A DNA stretch of 58,748 bases from an uncultured Alphaproteobacteria bacterium (GCA_944392225.1 CALXWB010000006.1:1-58748); one strand, 5' to 3'; counted from the first letter of the stretch, positions 37,927 through 47,990 are shown. Numbers and translations: made by a program. The notes: generated from the sequence alone by a model not told the origin.

Positions 37927-39549
37927 TTAGTTGCCATCGGTTGAATATAACCAACTGCGAATGATGCTGACCGCTGCTTCCGGATTTTTCTCTATCAAAT
38001 CATTAATCCGTTTCAGAGATGACACTTTAACCCTTCCATCAACCTTGTTCAGGTTCACCAGCTCATCCAAATCGGCATCATTGTCGTTTAAGAAGTTGGA
38101 CAAGAGCAAATTGTCGTCTTCGGGGTTTTCACCCAACAATTTGGCATTCGGTCCTTGTTGGGCACTGTTTTCAAAGGCATTGTTGATAAGCGGACGAATG
38201 ACCAGCAAAATCACCAATATTGCCACTATTGCCACGCCCAGACCCTCTGCCATGCGCATCAGTTCTTTCTTGGTAAAGCCCATAATCAAAATTTCAGGGG
38301 CTTTTTCCATCTCTTCACCAAGACTTGCAAAGCGAATGTTTTCCACTTCAACCATATCTCCTCGGTTGGCATCAAAACCGACTGCCGACTTGACCAAAGC
38401 TTTTAATTGCTCCATTTCTTCTGCCGTGCGCGGACGATATACCATTTTGCCTTCGGCATCTTTTTCATAAACACCGTCAACCATCACGGCAACCGTCAAA
38501 CGCTTTATCTCACCCGTGTTTTTGATCTTGTTTCTAACCGTCTTGGAGATTTCATAATTGATGGTCTCTTCGGTTTTGTTGCTTTGCGAAACAATGTTGT
38601 TGCCCGATGTGACCGTATCTCCGTTGGGTATGTTTTGTGATACGGTTACAGGATTTTCCACATCATTGGATATGCCGCTCTCGCTGATGGTTTGGCTGGA
38701 ACGCGCCACTTGCGAATCCGGGTCATAAATTTCTTCATTGGTCACAACCTGGTCAAAGTCCATCTCAATATTGACTCTGGCTTGTGCTTTGCCCGCACCG
38801 ACGGCTTTTTCCATCATTTCAACCACGCTTTTGGCCATTTTGCGTTCTTGTTCCATGCGCATGATTTCGTTGGTGGCATTGTCTTGGGCCTGCTTGTCCT
38901 CAGAATCGGTTGTCAGCAACTTGCCGCTGCTGTCCACTATTGATACATTTTTAACATCAAGCTTTGGAACTGCCGCTGCAACCAACTTTTGAATCGATTG
39001 CACTTCTTTGGTATCCAACGGCCCATTTTTGGTTTTGACTACAACGGAAGCAGACGGCACCTGCTCTTCTCTTGAAAACATTTCTCTTTTCGGCAAAACC
39101 AAATGAACCCTTGCGCTCTTGATATTGTCTACCGAGCGAATCGTTCTGGCAAGCTCTCCTTCCAGCGCTCTGATGAGGTTGATGTTTTGCACAAAATTGG
39201 TGGAGCCCAAAGCATCGGTATTGTCAAAAATTTCATACCCGACATTGGAGCCTTTGGAAGCCAAAGCCAGCTCTGCCGTTTCTACACGCATTTTATTAAC
39301 CTGGTCTGCCGGCACCAAAACCTCCGTGCCGTTTTTGGCCAGTTTGTATTTTATGTTATCTGCTTCCAGGCGTGAAACGATTTGTTTGGCATCTTCCAAC
39401 TCTAAGTCCGTATATAAAACAGAATATTCCACCGAGTTTATTTGCATGATGATATAGGCAAAAAAACTGATCAAAAATATCACGATGGCGGCCAAAGATA
39501 CCAATCTGCCAGGTGACAAATTTTTTATACTTTGCAAAAAATTATTCAC
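37927..39549 (-). CDS. fliF: Flagellar MS-ring protein FliF
   Basis: VGYEIFD, RALEGELARTI, ARVHLVLP, ASVVV, RGDMVEV, NPEAAVSIIRSWL. Confidence 0.97.
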   Translation of the reverse strand: MNNFLQSIKNLSPGRLVSLAAIVIFLISFFAYIIMQINSVEYSVLYTDLELEDAKQIVSRLEADNIKYKLAKNGTEVLVPADQVNKMRVETAELALASKGSNVGYEIFDNTDALGSTNFVQNINLIRALEGELARTIRSVDNIKSARVHLVLPKREMFSREEQVPSASVVVKTKNGPLDTKEVQSIQKLVAAAVPKLDVKNVSIVDSSGKLLTTDSEDKQAQDNATNEIMRMEQERKMAKSVVEMMEKAVGAGKAQARVNIEMDFDQVVTNEEIYDPDSQVARSSQTISESGISNDVENPVTVSQNIPNGDTVTSGNNIVSQSNKTEETINYEISKTVRNKIKNTGEIKRLTVAVMVDGVYEKDAEGKMVYRPRTAEEMEQLKALVKSAVGFDANRGDMVEVENIRFASLGEEMEKAPEILIMGFTKKELMRMAEGLGVAIVAILVILLVIRPLINNAFENSAQQGPNAKLLGENPEDDNLLLSNFLNDNDADLDELVNLNKVDGRVKVSSLKRINDLIEKNPEAAVSIIRSWLYSTDGN

Positions 39550-39606
39550 TTATATTCCCCAATTTTTGAGCTTTTATTCTCAATTCAATAAAAATACTTC
39601 CCTTTC

Positions 39607-39622
39607 GTTATACATAACTTAA
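39607..39622 (-). promoter_or_regulatory. Imperfect CtrA box upstream of fliF
   Basis: Minus strand TTAA-GTTATGT-ATAAC, one mismatch to TTAA-N7-TTAAC; AT-rich context weakens it. Confidence 0.4.
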
Positions 39623-39678
39623 AAATTTTTATAATTAAATGATATTTTTAAATATTCACAAGTTATCCCCTTTGGCAC

Positions 39679-39706
39679 AAAAAAAGCCCCCGTTTTCACA
39701 GGGGCT
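39679..39706 (-). terminator. Terminator after flgE
   Basis: AAAAAAAGCCCC-CGTTTTCACA-GGGGCT, U tract on minus strand. Confidence 0.75.
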
Positions 39707-39736
39707 CAACTTTAGGAAAAATTTGCAAATTTTATA

Positions 39737-41983
39737 TTAGATTAATCTTGTCAATTCCTCTAACATTTCATCTGCGGTGGTAATAATTTTGGTTGAAGCC
39801 GAGTAAGCTCTTTGTGTGACAATCATATTTGAGAACTCGGTAGCCAAATCAACGGTTGATGCTTCCAAAGCATTGCCGCTGATTTCGCCGGCACCGTCAA
39901 CACCTGCTTGTTTCAGCAACGGTTGGCCCGAAGCATCGGTTTCAATCCAAGCATTACCTGTTAAAGCACTCATGGCGTTGGCATTGGTGAAAGTGGCAAG
40001 CGGTAAAATGGCTATCGGACGTGTTTCACCATTGTCAAACAAGGCTGTCACAACACCATTTTCACTTACTGTCACGCCGGAATAACTACCATATTTTGCA
40101 CCGTCTTGTTTGATGTAGTTGGTGGAAAAACTTCCGGCCAAGCTGGTCAAACCATCCGTGGTGCCGGTGTTGCCCATGCTGATTTTTACGGTTGTACCGT
40201 TACCAACCGAGCCATCCATATTTTCTGCACCGTTTGCCCATTGAATGGACATGTCTTCAACATAGAAATATTTCGGTGTTCCGTCTGAGTTAAAGCGAAC
40301 AGCCGGAACCATGGAGCCGTCTTCAACATCCAAACCGTTGGTCGTAAAGCTGCTGGAGATGGTGTGTTCTCCCGTGGCAACCGCATTGCCGTTGACCCAG
40401 GTGTTGCCATCATTGCGCAAAGAACCGGTTACACCTGCCAAGCTGTTCATGTTTAAGGTGATATCTCCGCCCGTGCCGGTCGGCATAATTTCAATACTGC
40501 TACCGCTGGCAACAAAACGGTTCGGCTCCGTGACATTGGCTTTGATGGCAGCCACCGTCAATTCTACCAGTTTTACGGTATCAATTTTGCCGCCAGCAAT
40601 GGCTGAAGAAATATCAATATCCGTTGCTGCGGCCGCACCGCCGTTTTTAAAGGTGAATGTGGTGCCGTTGATGGTAAATGTTTGGTCTGTATAATCGCCC
40701 AAAGTGGTCGAAGTAAAGTCTAAACGAGCCGTGTTTTTGATATCCGGGTCAATTTCAGGAATTTGGAAAATACCTGTCGGAATACCTGTGGCCAAAACAG
40801 GGTTTGCTGCCGATTGAACACAAGCTTGGGTTTGGCTGGCATTGACTGTTAAGGCTGCACCGGCCTGAGATTGAACGATCTGAATCGAATCGCTGGTGGC
40901 GCTAAAACGATCTGCACTCGGCATATTGGCCTGAATCACATTATTAAATGCATTTATAAAATCTGATACCGAGGTAATGCCATCTTGAATATCCACTTTC
41001 AATTGAACATTATTGCCTTGGCTTTGCGGTGCATTTATATCCGTGTTTAAGAAGTTAAAGACATAGTTTTTGCCGGTGCTTTGATCCGTGATTGTGATGC
41101 TTGAACCATTGGCCGGAATTGCCTTGAATTCCAATTGGCCTGCAGCATAATATACATCGGCAGAACCTCCGTCGGTCACTTCCTTATTGCCGGTCAAAAT
41201 CAAGTTAGCTGCACCTGAGGGCATGTCTACTTCCATTCCCCAAGAGTTGGTGCTCTTTTTAACAAAGTTGATGCTCAAGTTGCTTGAGTTACCCAAGCTG
41301 TCATAAATCAAGGCAGAAATTGAGCGATATCCGCCGGCATCGGGTGAGGTGGCATCATAAACCGGGTCATCTGCCGGCAAGTTTGCTCCAAAGCTAATTT
41401 GTTGGGTCGGGCTGGCCGTGCCGCCAATTGTGGCCAAATTAATCGGTTTTAAGTTTTTGCTGTCTACAATATTGTCATTGACATAAACCGTGGCTCCCGT
41501 AGTGTCATAATAGGCCTTCATATAGGTTACGCCGCCTACCTCTACCGTTGTGGCATTGGGGTTGCCGTCCCAAGGCAACAAAGACCAGCCTTGCGCATAA
41601 AAACCGCCGGTGTTGACCAAATAGCCTGACGTATCCACACCGAAATCTCCGGCTCTGGTATAAGCCCAAGCATCACCTTCTTGCGGGTTGGCTGCTTGGT
41701 TTACAACAAAGAAACCCGTGCCGGAAATAGCCAGTGCTGTTGATGATGAGGTTGATGACAACAAACCCTGAACATCTATTCCTTGTTTGGAAACCGGCTG
41801 AACACCGCCCGGGGAATAAAAGTTTGATGAGGTTTGCTTGGTCACCAAAGTTTGAAATGCAACACTGGTTCCTTTATAACCAATGGTGTTTACGTTTGAG
41901 ATATTATCGGAAATTGCACCCATTGCATTTGACTGGGCGGTCATTCCCGAAATACCCGATTGCATTGCTCCAAAAAGACTCAT
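39737..41983 (-). CDS. flgE: Flagellar hook protein FlgE, long form (748 aa)
   Basis: ISDNISNVNTIGYK, YTRAGDF, LEASTVDLATEFSNMIVTQRAY; follows flgD. Confidence 0.93.
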   Translation of the reverse strand: MSLFGAMQSGISGMTAQSNAMGAISDNISNVNTIGYKGTSVAFQTLVTKQTSSNFYSPGGVQPVSKQGIDVQGLLSSTSSSTALAISGTGFFVVNQAANPQEGDAWAYTRAGDFGVDTSGYLVNTGGFYAQGWSLLPWDGNPNATTVEVGGVTYMKAYYDTTGATVYVNDNIVDSKNLKPINLATIGGTASPTQQISFGANLPADDPVYDATSPDAGGYRSISALIYDSLGNSSNLSINFVKKSTNSWGMEVDMPSGAANLILTGNKEVTDGGSADVYYAAGQLEFKAIPANGSSITITDQSTGKNYVFNFLNTDINAPQSQGNNVQLKVDIQDGITSVSDFINAFNNVIQANMPSADRFSATSDSIQIVQSQAGAALTVNASQTQACVQSAANPVLATGIPTGIFQIPEIDPDIKNTARLDFTSTTLGDYTDQTFTINGTTFTFKNGGAAAATDIDISSAIAGGKIDTVKLVELTVAAIKANVTEPNRFVASGSSIEIMPTGTGGDITLNMNSLAGVTGSLRNDGNTWVNGNAVATGEHTISSSFTTNGLDVEDGSMVPAVRFNSDGTPKYFYVEDMSIQWANGAENMDGSVGNGTTVKISMGNTGTTDGLTSLAGSFSTNYIKQDGAKYGSYSGVTVSENGVVTALFDNGETRPIAILPLATFTNANAMSALTGNAWIETDASGQPLLKQAGVDGAGEISGNALEASTVDLATEFSNMIVTQRAYSASTKIITTADEMLEELTRLI

Positions 41984-42008
41984 TTTTTTTCTCCTAAAGT
42001 TTTTTTAA

Positions 42009-42788
42009 TTATATGGTGTAATAACTTTGCGTTTCTTCTGCAGGAGGGGTTTCTTCCTCTTTGTCGCCTTCTGAGCCTTCTACGTTGCCGCTGCCTGAAT
42101 TCTTGTCAAAGTAGTCATCATTGCGAATTGTGACAATATCGCCCAATTGTGCCGTTACGGCATCACCAAGACCAACATATATGTTGTTTTGGTCACTGGC
42201 CACACCCGTAACTTTGCCAAAAATCGTCGTGGTTACGGAAGCTGCCGTTTCTCCGTCGGCAACCTTGGTGGTTACAACAATTTGGTAAGCACCGTCTTCC
42301 AACTGTTTGCCGTTTGAATCTTTTCCGTCCCATGTAAACTCGTGTGTGCCGGATGTTTTTTCGCCATTTTGCGTATATACAATGTTGCCGCTCATGTCTT
42401 TGACCACAATGCTTGAAGACAAGACATCTTTGTCAAGAGTGTATGTGGCTTTGGCCTTGGCGCCTTCCAGGGGCATAACATCGCCCAAAACCTGAACGGT
42501 CTTGCCAATATAAGAAACGGCTTGAGCTCCCAAGTTGGCTATGTTTAAAGACATTAAAGTATCTAATTTTTCATTGGTTTGGATGGCTTGCTCAACCGAT
42601 GAATATTGAACCAGCTGATTGGTAAATTCTGCCGTGTCCATCGGATCCATCGGATCTTGATATTTTAATTGTGTGGTCAACAGCTGCAAAAATGTGTTCA
42701 TATCTGCAGAAAGCTGTGCCGAACTCTTATTTGTTGAGCTGGTGCCGTTGGTATAATAACCTGTGATTCCGCTTATATCTGTTGTCAT
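42009..42788 (-). CDS. flgD: Hook capping protein FlgD
   Basis: FLQLLTTQLKYQDPMDPMD, QYSSVEQ, FTWDGKD. Confidence 0.96.
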   Translation of the reverse strand: MTTDISGITGYYTNGTSSTNKSSAQLSADMNTFLQLLTTQLKYQDPMDPMDTAEFTNQLVQYSSVEQAIQTNEKLDTLMSLNIANLGAQAVSYIGKTVQVLGDVMPLEGAKAKATYTLDKDVLSSSIVVKDMSGNIVYTQNGEKTSGTHEFTWDGKDSNGKQLEDGAYQIVVTTKVADGETAASVTTTIFGKVTGVASDQNNIYVGLGDAVTAQLGDIVTIRNDDYFDKNSGSGNVEGSEGDKEEETPPAEETQSYYTI

Positions 42789-42807
42789 GGCTTTTCTCCT
42801 CTAAAGT

Positions 42808-44505
42808 CTATACCCTGATATTCAAGCCTTTTTCTGCCGTCCAATTTTGGTTGGCTGCTTCCGAAGTGATAATATCCGGGTTGGCTTCTTGTTCAAAAAC
42901 CTTACCGATGAAACTGCGCAGCTGTTCTCCCTGCCCTTGCGCCTGATTGCCGTCATTTCTGAAGCTAAAGCTCAGGCTGTTGCCATCGGTTTCAAATCCG
43001 GCATCGTTAAATGCCTTTTCCAGAACTTGCGCATCTCTTTGCAAGGCTTCCATTGTTTCTGGACGGCTGGAAATGATATGCGCTTGTAATTTGCCATCCT
43101 TAATTTGCATCTTGATTTCAATATGACCTAAATCTTCCGGCTTGAGGCGAACTTCAATCGTATCCACCCCTTTCACGGCTGATTTGGTGATATTTACTTT
43201 TACTTGCTCTACAGCTTCTTTGCTCATGCCTTTATAAATATCTCTGAAAGATGTTTGTGTGCTTTTATCTGCCGCTTCTGCTTTGGCCGCCGCGTTGAAC
43301 TCGGCACCGCTTATAACGGCATGATTTCCCATATCAGCTTTGGCTGAAACAGACTTAATATCCGTTACGGCCACGCTTTGTTGATTGTTCACAGCTTCTG
43401 CCGTGTTTTGCATATTCTGCATGGCAACGCCCGCCTGCATATTTTCTGCTTGCGTCGGAGCCGATTTTGATGCTGTTGTGGTAGTCGGCTGCGTTGTTGT
43501 TTGTGCCGGAGCATCAAGCTTGCTTTCCGTTTCTTGCAAAGCAAAACTGTTTTTTACCAATTCTTTTTGGTTGAGATAGGAAATTTTTTCCTCTTTGACA
43601 TTAACAGACAATTTGACTTGCTTATCGGCCAAAGTTTCTTCTATTTTTTTGACATCTTCCAACTCAGACAAATCTATCGTTTGCGGTTCTTCCGATACAA
43701 CCTCTGTTGTCTGTTTGGCTTTTGATTGCGCTTTAACAGCTGTTGCTGCCGTTTGAGAAAGCTCTCCGGCCATTTCAGCTTCCGGCAAAATTTCAGCAAC
43801 GGGATTTGTTGCTGGAAGAAGTTTTTGAGACAATTCTGCCCCGCTTAAATTGATGCTTTCTTGCGTTTGCGGGGCGATCAAAGTCACATTTTGCATTTGA
43901 GACAAAAGATTTGCAGAAACCTTTTCGGGGGCAATTTGGTTGCCGTTTTCATCCAAGACCTGTATCTCTCCCGATGATATTTTATCCATTACCGTTTCCG
44001 GCGATGTTGTGAGCATATCTTGCAAGGAGACGCTTTCTTCTCCGGCGGCCGCTTCTGCCTGTTGGGAAATATTTGCCGCTTCAATCGGGGCAGCAAATGC
44101 GGCCACAACCTTGTCCGAATTGTCTTCATCTTGAGCCGATTTATCTTTCACATTTTCTTCAGCAGGGGCTGTATTTTCCTTAACCTCTGCAGAATCATCC
44201 TTTTCAGCCTTATCATCTGGCGTTTTGTCTGCTGAGGTATTTTTTTCAACCGCCTCATCTTTATATTCTGTTTTTTCTTTATATTCTGTTTTTTCCTTTA
44301 CAGGCTCTTCTTGCGTCTTTTTATCTGACGCTTTTTGAATATCGGTATTTTTATCTTCGGTTTGCCCGATTGAAGAAAATTCCGGTGTATTTTTCTCCAA
44401 CAAACCGGCAAAGCTCTCCGTTCCGATTGCAGGCGTGCTTATCTGAGAAACAAGTTTGCTGAACTGAGCGGTGATGCTTAATTTATTTAATTCATTAATA
44501 TCCAT
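42808..44505 (-). CDS. fliK: Hook-length control protein FliK
   Basis: Low-complexity N-region, C-terminal RLKPEDLGHIEI...LQRDAQVLEKAFNDAGF; start ATG 44505. Confidence 0.9.
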   Translation of the reverse strand: MDINELNKLSITAQFSKLVSQISTPAIGTESFAGLLEKNTPEFSSIGQTEDKNTDIQKASDKKTQEEPVKEKTEYKEKTEYKDEAVEKNTSADKTPDDKAEKDDSAEVKENTAPAEENVKDKSAQDEDNSDKVVAAFAAPIEAANISQQAEAAAGEESVSLQDMLTTSPETVMDKISSGEIQVLDENGNQIAPEKVSANLLSQMQNVTLIAPQTQESINLSGAELSQKLLPATNPVAEILPEAEMAGELSQTAATAVKAQSKAKQTTEVVSEEPQTIDLSELEDVKKIEETLADKQVKLSVNVKEEKISYLNQKELVKNSFALQETESKLDAPAQTTTQPTTTTASKSAPTQAENMQAGVAMQNMQNTAEAVNNQQSVAVTDIKSVSAKADMGNHAVISGAEFNAAAKAEAADKSTQTSFRDIYKGMSKEAVEQVKVNITKSAVKGVDTIEVRLKPEDLGHIEIKMQIKDGKLQAHIISSRPETMEALQRDAQVLEKAFNDAGFETDGNSLSFSFRNDGNQAQGQGEQLRSFIGKVFEQEANPDIITSEAANQNWTAEKGLNIRV

Positions 44506-44543
44506 CTTTTTTATCCCGATAAAGGTTACGTTTGCCTTATCCT

Positions 44544-44560
44544 TGCAAAAAGCATGCCAA
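44544..44560 (-). promoter_or_regulatory. Sigma54 (-24/-12) promoter of fliK-flgD-flgE
   Basis: Minus strand TTGGCAT-GCTTT-TTGCA, ~40 nt upstream of the fliK ATG. Confidence 0.85.
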
Positions 44561-44575
44561 AAAAAATAAGCGCAC

Positions 44576-44613
44576 AAAAAAAAGAGATTCTTTTATTTTG
44601 GAATCTCTTTTTT
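44576..44613 (-). terminator. Terminator after flaF
   Basis: AAAAAAAAGAGATTC...GAATCTCTTTTTT inverted repeat. Confidence 0.75.
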
Positions 44614-44633
44614 CTTCATATGAATTTTCAGAT

Positions 44634-45020
44634 TTACTTATTTTCTTCAGGCGAAACTTCTTCGTGTTCGGACAAACCGCGCGCTATGTTCATATTGATG
44701 TTTATCAAAATATCCAAACTCTCCGGCTTGGGGTTGGCCAAAATCTCCAACGTGCGCTTAAACACAAACATGGATAAATTTAAGATATTTTTTCTTAACT
44801 CTTCCGGCTGAGGAGATGTGTTATCTCCCATGGCGCTGGCAATAATGCTCCACAAACGACGGTTCTTCTCCAGCGCTTCAGACAGACTGTCGTTACTTTG
44901 TTCCCAATTTTCTTTAATTTGGTTGAGTCTGGATGCCGTTCTTATTAAGGCTCTGCTTTCAAGCTCAACCTGATTCATCCCGGAAACTTCTGTTTCGGCA
45001 TATCTGTTGGTTATATTCAT
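44634..45020 (-). CDS. flaF: Flagellar biosynthesis regulator FlaF
   Basis: ELESRAL, ALEKNRRLWS, PEELRKNILNLSMFV, LININMNIARGL. Confidence 0.9.
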   Translation of the reverse strand: MNITNRYAETEVSGMNQVELESRALIRTASRLNQIKENWEQSNDSLSEALEKNRRLWSIIASAMGDNTSPQPEELRKNILNLSMFVFKRTLEILANPKPESLDILININMNIARGLSEHEEVSPEENK

Positions 45021-45045
45021 TCTCTCCCTCTAATTATTTATCTTT

Positions 45046-45061
45046 TTAAAAACTTTTTAAC
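45046..45061. promoter_or_regulatory. CtrA box in the flaF divergent intergenic region
   Basis: Exact TTAA-AAACTTT-TTAAC; AT-rich context. Confidence 0.55.
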
Positions 45062-45108
45062 ACAATTTAGTTAAATTATTCTTATTATATTATTAACAAG
45101 GGGGAAAT

Positions 45109-45972
45109 ATGAACAAAAAATTATTTAAAATTTTTTTGGTGTTTTTTTTGGCTTTTTCATCCGTTGCTTTTGCGCAAACAAAAAATGCATTCAACTCAAA
45201 GCAAGAGCGAGAAAGGCTTAATGTTGCCGGATTTATTGAATATCCTCCTTTCGGGACTTTTGAAAAACGCGGTAATTATTATATTTTTAATTCCGTGTTT
45301 AAAAATATTGTTTCCGAACTGGCGCAAAATGCCAATTTCGGCGTGAATTATTTTACTCCGACCAAAAAAACTTATTCCGCCTTGGTTGACGGGGTTAATC
45401 AAGGAAATTATGATTTGTTGCTCGGTGCTTATTCCAACACAAAGCTTTATGAACGCGTGGAACTGATTTTTCCCTCAATTCTTAACAACCCCGTTACCGT
45501 CATCACCCTGCAAGAAAACGCAAAAAACATTACCAATGCCGAACAGCTGAAAAACCTTAAAGGCGCGGTCTGCATTCAGGATCAGTTTACCGATTTTGTC
45601 TCTAATCAGATGAAAGGCTATAATCTGGAATATGTTGAAACTCCTTATGAAATGTTTGAAAAACTTTTCACAAAAAAAGTGGATTATTTGTTCATGACAC
45701 AATATTACGGTTTGATTGAGTCCATCAAACTCGGCTTGAGAAAAAAGCTCAGCTTTTCCAAACAAAGTGTTTGGAATATGCCCATGTTTTTCGGCGTGTC
45801 AAAATTTTCAAAAAGCAGAAAAATCTTAACCCAAAAGCTTTCTTCTTATTCCAATCTGCCCCAAAATAAGGCTAAATTGGAGCAAAACCTGCATGATATT
45901 ATTCGAGATTATGAAATCCAATATCAAGGTGTTGTTCCGCCAAACTTTTCCACAGAAGAATTGTCCCAATAA
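45109..45972 (+). CDS. Periplasmic solute-binding protein family 3-like, no cognate permease nearby
   Basis: Signal peptide, EYPPF, GNYDLL, LKNLKG, KKVDY pattern. Confidence 0.75.
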   Translation: MNKKLFKIFLVFFLAFSSVAFAQTKNAFNSKQERERLNVAGFIEYPPFGTFEKRGNYYIFNSVFKNIVSELAQNANFGVNYFTPTKKTYSALVDGVNQGNYDLLLGAYSNTKLYERVELIFPSILNNPVTVITLQENAKNITNAEQLKNLKGAVCIQDQFTDFVSNQMKGYNLEYVETPYEMFEKLFTKKVDYLFMTQYYGLIESIKLGLRKKLSFSKQSVWNMPMFFGVSKFSKSRKILTQKLSSYSNLPQNKAKLEQNLHDIIRDYEIQYQGVVPPNFSTEELSQ

Positions 45973-46040
45973 AATGATATCCGCTCTTGACCTTTTTTGA
46001 GAAGCGTTTACTATTTAGGTGTTTTTTTAAGGCAGAGAAA

Positions 46041-46706
46041 ATGGTTTTACTTGTTCAACATCCCGTCAGCCCGCAGTGCCGAAAAATAAGAATCGGCATG
46101 AGCGAGAAAAAAATGCTCTTCATCCTCCGCAATGAAGAACCTTGGAATCTGTCTGCCGATGTTTATAAACTCAACCCGGCAGGCGAGCTTCCCATTTATC
46201 TTAATGACGGTATGGTCTTGTGCGGACATAATGCCATTGCCGAATATTTGGAAGAAACCAATCGCGAGATTAAACTCATGCCGGAAACGCCCAGAGAGCG
46301 TGCCGAAGTCAGACGAATCGTCGAATGGTTTGATGATAAGTTTTATCGCGAAGTGTATCGTAATATTGTTTATGAGAAAGTGCACAAACGCTTTTCCAAA
46401 GGGCTCTCTCCCGATTCAAAAATATTAAAAATCGGCTTAAATAACCTCAATTTTCACATGGAATATATTGATTGGCTCGCCGAGCAGAGAAACTATCTTG
46501 CCGGAGAAGAACTTTCTTGGGCTGATGTGGCTGCCGCTGCTCATCTTTCCGTGATTGATTATCTCGGCGATGTGCCTTGGGAGGGATATAAAAATGCCAA
46601 ACTTTGGTATTCTAAAATGAAATCTCGCCCCAGCTTCAAAGATATTTTGAAAGACAATATCAAAGGTATCTTGCCGGCAAAACACTACGCTGATTTGGAT
46701 TTTTAG
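46041..46706 (+). CDS. fzlA: GST-fold protein, FzlA (FtsZ-binding)-like
   Basis: LNPAGELP, RAEVRRIVEWFDDKF, SVIDYLGDVPW, KSRPSF, C-terminal HYADLDF; start ATG 46041. Confidence 0.8.
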   Translation: MVLLVQHPVSPQCRKIRIGMSEKKMLFILRNEEPWNLSADVYKLNPAGELPIYLNDGMVLCGHNAIAEYLEETNREIKLMPETPRERAEVRRIVEWFDDKFYREVYRNIVYEKVHKRFSKGLSPDSKILKIGLNNLNFHMEYIDWLAEQRNYLAGEELSWADVAAAAHLSVIDYLGDVPWEGYKNAKLWYSKMKSRPSFKDILKDNIKGILPAKHYADLDF

Positions 46707-46717
46707 GAATTTTGTTT

Positions 46718-47194
46718 ATGATGAAAAAAGCCCTCCCTGTTTTGATTGTTTTTGCTTTATGCGGTTGCAGCTTGATTCCTTTTTATGATGATGAACCGCA
46801 AGGTCAGGTTATTTATCATTGGGCAAAAGAAAATACCGGCGTGCAAAAATTTTCCAAAGACCATTCCGAATGTATGAGAGAAGCAGAACCAACACGCTGG
46901 ATGCCTGATATTTCCAGCTGGTTTTATTCAGAAGAGGCAAAGCTCAATATTCGTGCCGATTGGTATTCGGGAAAAGGAATTTGGGCAACATATGTGCCCT
47001 ACACCGGCGCTCAGCCGCTTATTGTCAATTCTTTGCGCGATGACAGTGAAGTCAGCCCGAAAAAATATCGTCAATGCATGGAAAAAAGAGGATATTGGCA
47101 TCGACGCGCCAATATCCCCGAAATCACCAATATCTATGTTTACAAGCCGCAACGTGTGTTGCAAAACAAACCCTTCAACCAAGGCGACTTATAG
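46718..47194 (+). CDS. Hypothetical lipoprotein
   Basis: Lipobox LCGC; DHSECM...YRQCMEKRGY Cys pair. Confidence 0.75.
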   Translation: MMKKALPVLIVFALCGCSLIPFYDDEPQGQVIYHWAKENTGVQKFSKDHSECMREAEPTRWMPDISSWFYSEEAKLNIRADWYSGKGIWATYVPYTGAQPLIVNSLRDDSEVSPKKYRQCMEKRGYWHRRANIPEITNIYVYKPQRVLQNKPFNQGDL

Positions 47195-47947
47195 TTGAAG
47201 CAACAGCGAGCTTAGGGCTTGCTTCATCTCCAAAATATCAATATCTCTGCCCAGACGGTGATTGCTGCCTTTTATCCATTTAATGACAACATTTTCGCTT
47301 TTGACATGTTGCAAAATTTTCATCGGCTTGTCCGGCAAAACGTTTTTATCATCCGTGCCCTGCAACAGATATAGCGGACAAGAAATCGGCTGCACTTCTT
47401 TGAGCAACAAATTTTGCTGTGCCGTATCAAATATGCGGCCGGTGAAAATATAAGCAAAATCTTTCATCGGGAAAACAAGCCGACCCGTTTCTTTGAGCTC
47501 TTGCTTTTGCTCAGGTGTAAAAATCAATTTATCCAAGTCATCCGTAAAATCCGGGGCTGCCGCCATACCCACCACGCCTTTGACACGCGCTGGGCGTTCT
47601 CTGGCTGCAAGCAAGCTCAACCAACCTCCTAAAGAAGAGCCAACCATTATCACGGGGCCTGTAATCAGATCATCAATGATTTCCAAAATCTGATTTTTCC
47701 AGATATTAAAATCAACTTTTTCAATGTCATTTTTATCGCTTCCGTGGCCGGCTAATTCGAATCGGCAAAAGCCTAAATCATTTTCTTTACAATAAGCTTT
47801 CACCTCTTCCGGTTTTCTTCCCCAAGGGTCTGAGAAAAAGCCATGCACATAGAGAATGGTCATTTCATTGTGTGTATTGAAAGATTTTTCTTGGCTCATT
47901 TCTATTTTGGTTGTAAATTTTGCTTTAAATGTGTGATTTTTTATCAT
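47189..47947 (-). CDS. Alpha/beta hydrolase
   Basis: HGF, GHG, GSSLGG nucleophile elbow, QGTDD, NHRL; start at ATG 47947 or 47899. Confidence 0.88.
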   Translation of the reverse strand: MIKNHTFKAKFTTKIEMSQEKSFNTHNEMTILYVHGFFSDPWGRKPEEVKAYCKENDLGFCRFELAGHGSDKNDIEKVDFNIWKNQILEIIDDLITGPVIMVGSSLGGWLSLLAARERPARVKGVVGMAAAPDFTDDLDKLIFTPEQKQELKETGRLVFPMKDFAYIFTGRIFDTAQQNLLLKEVQPISCPLYLLQGTDDKNVLPDKPMKILQHVKSENVVIKWIKGSNHRLGRDIDILEMKQALSSLLLQL

Positions 47948-47990
47948 ATAAAACTCCCGAATTGATTTTGAAGAGGATTTTAGAAAAAAA

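Noticed and set aside
44260-44295. 18-bp tandem duplication in fliK (EKTEYK twice)
   Set aside because: In-frame slippage in a low-complexity ruler region; ordinary.
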